A DNA stretch of 43,149 nt from Bacteroidota bacterium. GTDB lineage: Bacteria; Bacteroidota; Bacteroidia; Bacteroidales; GWE2-29-8. The translations under genes and the position numbers were made by a program. Below the pieces are notes generated by a model, which saw only the letters and a program-made list of their open reading frames with translations, searched no databases and was not told where the DNA came from. Below, piece by piece: positions 36,634 through 43,149 of the stretch; positions within the stretch are counted from its first letter, which is position 1, and each line of letters starts with the position of its first letter. The stretch spans positions 1 to 43,149 of the forward strand of contig JAUZOY010000001.1 in the NCBI GenBank assembly GCA_030706235.1, read 5' to 3'.

Positions 36634-37977
36634 ATGATAAATAATAAAGTTTTAATATTAGGCGCCGGATTGGTTGTTAAACCAATGGTAAAATACCTTC
36701 TCGGAAAAGGATTTAAAGTAACAGTTGCATCAAATACTCCGGAAAATGCAATAAAAATGATAAATGGTCATCCGGATGGAAAATCAGTTGACTGGAGTGT
36801 CGGCAATGATGAAATGCTCGATAAAATGGTCGCAGAGCATAATTTGGTTGTTAGCTTTTTACCATATGTGTTCCATACCGTTGTTGCAAAATTTTGCATC
36901 AAAAATAAAAAGGATATGATAACAGCTTCATATGTAAAACCGGAAATGAGAGCACTGGATGAAGAAGCAAGAAAAGCAGGAATAATTATTCTTAATGAAG
37001 TAGGATTAGATCCTGGTATAGATCATATGTCGGCAATGAGAGTTATAGATCATATCAGATCAAAGGGTGGACATGTTGAAGAATTTTATTCTCTTTGTGG
37101 AGCACTCCCTGCACCTGAAGCTGTGGATAATCCATTTGCTTATAAATTTACCTGGAGTCCCAAAGGTGTTGTAATGGCTGGAAATAATGATGCTAAATAT
37201 CTTAAAGATGGGAAAATAATTGAAATACCAACCAAAAATCTCTTCAAGTCACCTGTGAAAATGAATTTTGAAAATATAGGTGAACTCGAAGTTTATCCAA
37301 ACAGGGATTCTCTTTCATATATCGATATTTATGGTATAAATGGTGTAAAAACTATGTATCGTGGAACTCTAAGATATAATGGATGGAGTGAAATTATTGA
37401 TGCAATGAAACAAATGAATCTGATTTCTTATGATAAGATAAGTCTTAAAGGAAAAACATATTCTGATTTTATTGCAGGTGTGATTAAACAGGAAAATAAA
37501 GGAGATTTAAAACAAAAAGTTGCAGAATATCTTGGAATAAAGAATGATGCTCTTCCAATAAAAGCACTCGATTGGTTAGGTCTGTTTGGTAATGTTGATA
37601 TGAAAAGAGTTGAAGCTTCTCCTTTTGATATTATTTCAGATCTTATGATAGAGAAAATGATGTTGAATGAAAATGAAAGAGATCTGGTTGTCATGCAACA
37701 TATTTTCGTAGCAGCTTACCCTGAAGGGAAAAAAGAAGTTATAAAATCTTTAATGGTTGATTATGGCGAAGTAAATGGTGATACCTCAATCGCAAGAACT
37801 GTGGCTTTACCTGCATCAATTGGTGTTAAGCTTATTCTCGAAGGCAAGATTAAAGTTAAAGGGGTTCAGGTACCTGTGATTCCTGAAATCTATAATCCTA
37901 TACTTGATGAGTTGGAAACACTGAATATTAAAATGGAAGAAACATTCGGTTTGCCTTTAAGTGAGAAACCTGTTTAA
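36634..37977 (+). CDS. Saccharopine dehydrogenase (LYS9-like, NADP-dependent) family protein
   Basis: Rossmann motif VLILGAGLV, plus GLDPGIDHM, KFTWSPKG and YPNRDS motifs. Confidence 0.85.
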   Translation: MINNKVLILGAGLVVKPMVKYLLGKGFKVTVASNTPENAIKMINGHPDGKSVDWSVGNDEMLDKMVAEHNLVVSFLPYVFHTVVAKFCIKNKKDMITASYVKPEMRALDEEARKAGIIILNEVGLDPGIDHMSAMRVIDHIRSKGGHVEEFYSLCGALPAPEAVDNPFAYKFTWSPKGVVMAGNNDAKYLKDGKIIEIPTKNLFKSPVKMNFENIGELEVYPNRDSLSYIDIYGINGVKTMYRGTLRYNGWSEIIDAMKQMNLISYDKISLKGKTYSDFIAGVIKQENKGDLKQKVAEYLGIKNDALPIKALDWLGLFGNVDMKRVEASPFDIISDLMIEKMMLNENERDLVVMQHIFVAAYPEGKKEVIKSLMVDYGEVNGDTSIARTVALPASIGVKLILEGKIKVKGVQVPVIPEIYNPILDELETLNIKMEETFGLPLSEKPV

Positions 37978-37997
37978 ATTTTTTTTTGTTACGTTTA

Positions 37998-38047
37998 AAC
38001 CTTTTTAATTAAAATTTGTCATAGTATAAATTTTAATTAAAAAGGTT
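37998..38047. repeat. 19-20 bp perfect inverted repeat AACCTTTTTAATTAAAATT(T)-(10-12 nt)-(A)AATTTTAATTAAAAAGGTT abutting the ATG at 38048
   Basis: 37998-38017 pairs with 38028-38047 with no mismatch. All but two pairs are A-T. It is preceded by a run of 9 T (37979-37987). Confidence 0.85.
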
Positions 38048-38632
38048 ATGAAAACAATAAAATTATTTACAGGAATAATCCTGTTACTATTAATAACTAA
38101 TACATCGGGGTATTCTCAACGTGAAGAACATCGCGGAAGAGGTCATACACAATACAGCAGAAACAGGGAACCTGTAATTGTAAGACCAAGAAATCAGGTC
38201 ATATATAAGAACCGACATGATGCAAGGTATTATAATGCTTTACCTCCTGAACGAAGAATTATCAGGTATTCAAACCATGATTATTACTTTCATAACGGAC
38301 ACTATTATAATTATCTAAATGAAAGATATGCCTTGATAGCACCTCCATTCGGCTTAAGAATAAGTATTTTACCTGGTGGATTCAGGAGAATTGTTATAGG
38401 TGGCGGAATTTTCTTTTATAGTATGGGTGTATATTATTCTCAGGTTCCCGGTACAACTTCTTATGAAGTAGTTAAAGCTCCTGTAGGTGCTATCATTTAT
38501 GATCTTCCTCCTGAAGCAGAACAGATAATGATTGATAATATGCCTTATTATGAATATAATGGTGTATTATATAAGAGTGTGAACACAGCAGGAGGCCAAG
38601 GATATAAATGTGTAGGATATTTGAAAGATTAA
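38048..38632 (+). CDS. Secreted Tyr/Arg-rich protein, DUF6515-like
   Basis: Signal peptide, then repeated Y-rich motifs (HDYYFHNGHYYNY, FFYSMGVYY, PYYEYNGVLY). Confidence 0.55.
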   Translation: MKTIKLFTGIILLLLITNTSGYSQREEHRGRGHTQYSRNREPVIVRPRNQVIYKNRHDARYYNALPPERRIIRYSNHDYYFHNGHYYNYLNERYALIAPPFGLRISILPGGFRRIVIGGGIFFYSMGVYYSQVPGTTSYEVVKAPVGAIIYDLPPEAEQIMIDNMPYYEYNGVLYKSVNTAGGQGYKCVGYLKD

Positions 38633-38643
38633 AAGCGTTGGAT

Positions 38644-40443
38644 TTATCCTGCTATAGCTACTTTTATTTTTTGACCTGGTTTAAGGTCAGCAGGACCGGA
38701 AATATTATTTAATTTTTTAATTTCTTCTATTGATAAAGATTTATATTGATTTGCAATACTCCACAAGGTATCACCTTTTTGAACTGTGTGATAAACATAT
38801 TTCTTTTCGTGTTTTATATTATGCTTACTATTTTCTTTCTTTTGAGAATTGCCCGAATTTGAATTGTCATCAGAAACATTTTCAGAAGAATCATCTTTAT
38901 TTGTTTGAAGATTGTTTTCTGCATTACTATTTGTTTTTTCTGCTTTAGATTTTGTAGCTGTTAAACTTTTTTCAGTGTTTTTATTTTTTAATTTAACTGG
39001 AGCCGAAACATATAGAACAGAACCCACCATTATATTTTTTGATTTACCGGAATTCCATTCTTTTAAATTATAAATTGTACAACCATATTTAGAAGCTATT
39101 TGACATAAAGTTTCTCCCTTTTTTACAATATGAGTTTTTCTTGAAACGTCTTCAGATTTGCTAATAGATCTTTTACTTTCAGAGGTTGCTATATCTGAAC
39201 TTGAATCTGATGCATTTGATTTACGCATTCTTTTTGCAAGTATAGCATCATGTTTTAGCGCTAGTTCTTTTTCTTTTTCAAGTTGTTCAGCAATTTTTTT
39301 AGCAAGAAGTTCTTCCTGTAGAATTTCTTCTTTTGTTTTATAATTGTAAATGGCAGTTTCATTATTGATAAAATTGCCTATTTGATTTTTAGGGAGTACA
39401 AGAGAATAAGGCTTTTCAGCATTGAATGGAATAATTCCTTTTTTATAGGTTGGATTTAAAAATTCAATATCTTCATAAGGGATTTTTAGAGTTTCTGAAA
39501 TTTGAGCGAAACTGACTTGCTGATGAATATGAACAGTATCAATTTCAAAATGAAGATATTTAGGAAGGATAGGATATAAATTATGTTCCTGTGCATAATT
39601 CATTACATATACTACTGCAATAAAAGCAGGAACATAAGCCTGAGTTTCTTTAGGAAGATATCGTTGAATTTTCCAGAAATCCATTATTCCGCCTGCTCTT
39701 CTAATGGCTTTATTTACATTACCTGCACCTGAATTGTATGCAGCAAGCACCAGAGCCCAGTCATGATACATGTTATATAAATCTTTCATATGTCGACATG
39801 CTGCAATAGTAGCTTTATATGGATCGTATCTGTCATCAACATATGAAGTTTCTTCGAGATTGTACATAATACCTGTGCCATACATAAATTGCCAAATACC
39901 TCCTGCTCCTGCCGGAGATTTTGCTCTTGGATTTATTGCAGATTCAACAGCTGCAAGATATTTAAGCTCCAAAGGCATATTGTATTTGTCAAGTTTTTCT
40001 TCAAAATATGGGAAGTACATTTTTGCCATTCCTAAAATACGGGCAGTTAGTTTTCGTTTTTGAACAGCATATACATTAATATATGCTTTTACATCCTGGT
40101 TATATACAAGTTTAAAAGCAGAATTTGCATTTAGTTTTTTTATTCTCTGATCGTAGATAGAATCTGAATATACAGGAACAAAGTTTTCAGGAAAATTGTA
40201 TATGTTTTTAGATTCTTTCTGTATTGATTGTGATGTAGTTTCAAAATATTTTGATTTTGAAAGACTATCAAGCATATAAATAATAGGATCATCACATTTT
40301 AATACAAAATTGGATGTATCTTTGAGCCTGATTTTAACCAGTGTTGTGTCCTTTGGGTGTCTGCGACTATGATTTAAACTAAATGCATTGAGATTGTATA
40401 TTAATAAATTAATAATCAAAAATGCTTTTAAAATCTTGTTCAT
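38644..40443 (-). CDS. Lytic transglycosylase (SLT domain, MltD-like) with two C-terminal LysM domains
   Basis: SLT motif AAVESAINPRAKSPAGAGGIWQFM. Two LysM repeats (HIVKKGETLCQIASKYG; HTVQKGDTLWSIANQY). The likely start is MNKILKAF at 40443; the track ORF extends to 40509. Confidence 0.88.
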   Translation of the reverse strand: MNKILKAFLIINLLIYNLNAFSLNHSRRHPKDTTLVKIRLKDTSNFVLKCDDPIIYMLDSLSKSKYFETTSQSIQKESKNIYNFPENFVPVYSDSIYDQRIKKLNANSAFKLVYNQDVKAYINVYAVQKRKLTARILGMAKMYFPYFEEKLDKYNMPLELKYLAAVESAINPRAKSPAGAGGIWQFMYGTGIMYNLEETSYVDDRYDPYKATIAACRHMKDLYNMYHDWALVLAAYNSGAGNVNKAIRRAGGIMDFWKIQRYLPKETQAYVPAFIAVVYVMNYAQEHNLYPILPKYLHFEIDTVHIHQQVSFAQISETLKIPYEDIEFLNPTYKKGIIPFNAEKPYSLVLPKNQIGNFINNETAIYNYKTKEEILQEELLAKKIAEQLEKEKELALKHDAILAKRMRKSNASDSSSDIATSESKRSISKSEDVSRKTHIVKKGETLCQIASKYGCTIYNLKEWNSGKSKNIMVGSVLYVSAPVKLKNKNTEKSLTATKSKAEKTNSNAENNLQTNKDDSSENVSDDNSNSGNSQKKENSKHNIKHEKKYVYHTVQKGDTLWSIANQYKSLSIEEIKKLNNISGPADLKPGQKIKVAIAG

Positions 40444-40649
40444 TGTATTATATTTATATTTACAAAACTCAGATGATTTTGCAAGATACAAATTTTTTTT
40501 TAATAACAATTTTTTGAAATAATATTTTGACTTGCTGTTTAATCGAAAAAATATTCATGTAAAAATTGAAATTTGTAATGTAAAAATGTCAGAGTTTAAT
40601 CATCTGATTTTATTGTTGTGTATTATAGTTATAATTAATAAAATTTATG

Positions 40650-40657
40650 TAGGTTTG
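40650..40657 (+). promoter_or_regulatory. Candidate -7 promoter box (TAGGTTTG) upstream of mrp
   Basis: Matches TAnnTTTG 83 nt upstream of the ATG at 40740. No -33 match. Confidence 0.3.
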
Positions 40658-40739
40658 TCGAAATTTGACTTGAAAAATTTTAAATATAATTGTGATAGGA
40701 AATTTACGTTTTTATAAAAATCATTAAATAATAAAATTT

Positions 40740-41810
40740 ATGGATTTTAGAAAAGAGGATGTTTTAAAAGCTTTGAGTCATGTGATAGAACCTGATCTGA
40801 AAAAGGATCTTGTTACTTTAAACATGATTGAAGATTTAAAGATAGAAGGAGAGGTTGTCAGTTTTACATTGGTACTTACTACTCCTGCATGTCCGTTAAA
40901 AGAAAGTATGAAAAGGGCATGTATTAAAGCTATACATGATGAAATCAGTAATGATATTGTTGTTGAAGTAACTTTAAATTCAAGAACGACATCAGGAAGA
41001 CATGATAATAAAACTGTATTGCCTAATGTAAAGAATATAATAGGAATAGCATCAGGAAAAGGTGGCGTTGGTAAATCTACAGTTGCCGTAAATCTTGCCT
41101 TGGGATTGGTAGGTATGGGAGCAAAAGTAGGATTGATTGATGCTGATATTTACGGTCCATCTATACCAATTATGTTGGACCTTGTTGATGTAAAACCACA
41201 TGCAAGGCAGGAAGGTGAAACAAGTCTTTTAATTCCTGTAGAAAAGTATGGAATTAAAGTTTTATCTATAGGCTTTTTTGTGGATCCTTCTCAGGCATTG
41301 GTTTGGAGAGGTCCAATGGCTGCAGGCGCTCTAAAGCAATTGATAACTGAAGCAGATTGGGGCGAACTGGATTATTTGATTATTGATATGCCTCCCGGTA
41401 CAGGTGATATTCAATTAACTCTTGTTCAGACTCTGCCTGTTACAGGTGTAATTATTGTTAGTACACCGCAGAATGTAGCACTTGCAGATGCCAGAAAAGG
41501 TATTAGTATGTTCAGAAATGAAGGTATCAATGTTCCTGTTTTGGGCCTTATAGAAAACATGTCGTATTTTACTCCTATGGAATTGCCGGATAATAAATAT
41601 TATATTTTTGGAAAAGATGGGTGTAAGACACTTGCAGAAGAAATGCAAGTTCCATTATTAGGACAAATACCACTGGTTCAGAGTATTTGTGATTCAGGAG
41701 ATTCGGGAAAACCTTCAGTGCTTGAACCTGGAACTCCCATAGCTGATGCTTTTATTGAAATCGGGAAAAAGTTAGTTCAAAGGGTTTCAGTAGTTAATAG
41801 TGAAAATTAA
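40740..41810 (+). CDS. mrp: Mrp/NBP35 (ApbC) family Fe-S cluster carrier ATPase
   Basis: N-terminal DUF59-like domain, deviant Walker A GKGGVGKST and the family-typical ENMSYF. Confidence 0.92.
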   Translation: MDFRKEDVLKALSHVIEPDLKKDLVTLNMIEDLKIEGEVVSFTLVLTTPACPLKESMKRACIKAIHDEISNDIVVEVTLNSRTTSGRHDNKTVLPNVKNIIGIASGKGGVGKSTVAVNLALGLVGMGAKVGLIDADIYGPSIPIMLDLVDVKPHARQEGETSLLIPVEKYGIKVLSIGFFVDPSQALVWRGPMAAGALKQLITEADWGELDYLIIDMPPGTGDIQLTLVQTLPVTGVIIVSTPQNVALADARKGISMFRNEGINVPVLGLIENMSYFTPMELPDNKYYIFGKDGCKTLAEEMQVPLLGQIPLVQSICDSGDSGKPSVLEPGTPIADAFIEIGKKLVQRVSVVNSEN

Positions 41811-41901
41811 TAATGAGATTGTTTAGTCACTACATTTATTGCAATGACTGTAAGTTTGTTAATAATTAAAATTCAATGATAATTAAATAATTAAAAATAA
41901 A

Positions 41902-42159
41902 ATGACAGGGAAAGAAGATTTAATAAAAAAGGTTAATGAGATAATAGATCAAATAAGGCCATATTTAGAAGCTGATGGCGGAGATATAAAATTCATCGAA
42001 CTTACTGATGATAATGTTGTAAATGTTGAATTACACGGAGCATGCAGAACATGCGTGATGAGTGCAATTACTTTAAAAGATGGTGTTGAAGATGCAATGA
42101 AAAAAGCAATACCTGAAATTAAATCTGTAGAAGCAATTAATTTACCTAAAATGTGCTAA
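41902..42159 (+). CDS. NifU-like (Nfu C-terminal domain) Fe-S scaffold protein
   Basis: 85 aa with ADGGDIKFIEL....GACRTCVMS (CxxC). Confidence 0.88.
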   Translation: MTGKEDLIKKVNEIIDQIRPYLEADGGDIKFIELTDDNVVNVELHGACRTCVMSAITLKDGVEDAMKKAIPEIKSVEAINLPKMC

Positions 42160-42204
42160 ATAATTGTTAATGATTTAATATTAAAAAAGTTAATCTTAAA
42201 TATA

Positions 42205-42241
42205 AAAAAGCCCGATAGAGAGAAATCTGCCGGGCTTTTTT
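42205..42241. terminator. Probable bidirectional terminator between convergent genes
   Basis: AAAAAGCCCG-(16 nt)-CGGGCTTTTT: a GC core of 5 bp extended by A/T pairs, with an A-run on one side and a T-run on the other. It lies between the NifU-like gene (+) and the sigma-54 activator gene (-). Confidence 0.5.
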
Positions 42242-42261
42242 ATACATGAATTTTATAAATA

Positions 42262-43149
42262 TTATTCTTTCTTCATTAAAGGTTGGGCATAGTGGATAAC
42301 ATCTTTGTCTGAGATAGTCTTATCACAAAGTATAGCAAGTCGTTCTACAACGTTGCGAAGTTCTCTTATATTACCTGTCCAACGAATTTTTTGAAGTTCC
42401 TTCAGGGCTTCTTCAGAGAATGATAGTTTACTTTTCCCATATTCTTCAGCAATACATTTAAGAAAAGATTTTGCGAGAATAGGAACATCATCAATTCTTT
42501 CATTCAGTGACGGAACTCTGATTAGTATAACACTCAAACGATGATAAAGGTCTTCACGGAAACTTCCCTTTTTTATTTCTTCGGGGATATCTTTGTTTGT
42601 TGCAGCAATTACTCTAACATCTACAACAATTTCTTTTTCTCCACCAACTCTCATGAGTTTGTTTTCCTGTAGTACACGTAATACTTTTGCCTGTGCGGAT
42701 AAACTCATATCACCTATTTCATCGAGAAATATTGTTCCTCCGTTGGCTTGTTCAAAATCTCCCTTCCTTTGTTTAATAGCTGATGTGAAAGCACCTTTTT
42801 CATGGCCGAAAAGAACACTTTCAATTAATTCTGAAGGAATAGCAGCACAATTTACTTCAATGAAAGGACCGCTATTCCTGTTGCTTTTTTCATGAATTCT
42901 TCTTGCAACAAGTTCTTTACCCGTGCCGTTTTCACCGGTAATTAAAACCCTTGCATCAGTCGGAGCAACTTTGTCGATGATATTCAGGATATCTTTTATA
43001 GGTTCTGATTCTCCGATTATGGTATATTTACTTTCAATTTTTTTCTTAAGTACTTTTGTCTCAGTAACAAGTGATGATTTGTCAAGAGCATTTCTTACAG
43101 TAACCAGCAACCTGTTTAGATCAAGAGGCTTGGCACTATAATCATATGC
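42262..43149 (-). CDS. Sigma-54-dependent transcriptional activator (NtrC/Fis family), 5' end outside the window
   Basis: AAA+ motifs GENGTGKELVARRIH, GAFTSA (GAFTGA-like) and FLDEIG, with a C-terminal HTH region. The frame stays open to position 43149 (...AYDYSAKPLDLNRLL looks like the end of a receiver domain). Confidence 0.9.
   Translation of the reverse strand, partial: AYDYSAKPLDLNRLLVTVRNALDKSSLVTETKVLKKKIESKYTIIGESEPIKDILNIIDKVAPTDARVLITGENGTGKELVARRIHEKSNRNSGPFIEVNCAAIPSELIESVLFGHEKGAFTSAIKQRKGDFEQANGGTIFLDEIGDMSLSAQAKVLRVLQENKLMRVGGEKEIVVDVRVIAATNKDIPEEIKKGSFREDLYHRLSVILIRVPSLNERIDDVPILAKSFLKCIAEEYGKSKLSFSEEALKELQKIRWTGNIRELRNVVERLAILCDKTISDKDVIHYAQPLMKKE

Noticed and set aside
40532-40717. 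61-aa ORF in the mltD/mrp divergent intergenic region
   Set aside because: It has a TTG start, an AT-rich low-complexity translation, overlaps the candidate mrp promoter and has no recognisable motif.
3356-43141. Many 60-136 aa ORFs in the track lying antisense or out of frame inside recognised genes (for example 3356-3580, 4824-5057, 5571-5846, 7074-7433, 8676-9335, 18201-18895, 24254-25091, 27624-28613, 30299-30757, 32006-32223, 35067-35670, 39158-40063, 41415-41648, 42593-43141)
   Set aside because: Each is fully embedded in a longer ORF with a clear family assignment. Their translations are low-complexity (S/F/I/L-rich), typical of shadow frames, and none has its own promoter or terminator context.

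Overview
AT-rich (roughly 30% G+C by eye) chromosomal segment from a Bacteroidota bacterium. I recognise 31 protein-coding genes, nearly all housekeeping or cell-envelope. They are: a TetR-regulated HlyD/MFS(DHA2)/TolC efflux operon; an aminotransferase, omega-amidase and ispG operon; gpmI; the complete type IX secretion/gliding core operon porP(sprF)-gldK-gldL-gldM-gldN; recG; dnaE; a co-directional minus-strand envelope cluster (gldF, gldG, DUF4340, KAS-like condensing enzyme, small beta-barrel OMP, zinc-ribbon membrane protein); purF; a T9SS-CTD cargo protein; saccharopine dehydrogenase; a DUF6515-like secreted protein; an MltD-like LysM lytic transglycosylase; mrp/apbC plus a NifU-like gene; and the 3' part of a sigma-54 activator that runs off the right edge. 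I saw no rRNA, tRNA, CRISPR array, transposase or integrase. The only clearly accessory stretch is the first ~2.8 kb: a DUF559 endonuclease gene bracketed by 36-bp direct repeats, four arrays of 8-12 nt tandem repeats, a decayed ORF with an intact terminator, and an unusual lipoprotein. I did not find a convincing new multi-gene system such as a defence island. The best unexplained signals are: (i) a ~110-nt island of about 51% G+C in the leader of the OMP gene (27251-27360); (ii) an orphan, apparently catalytically complete KAS gene with a TTG start that overlaps the DUF4340/gldG/gldF genes; (iii) the repeat-bracketed DUF559 unit and the helically phased repeat arrays at 592-1590; (iv) a 20-bp near-perfect inverted repeat abutting the start codon at 38048. 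All functional calls come from motif recognition by eye, with no database search.
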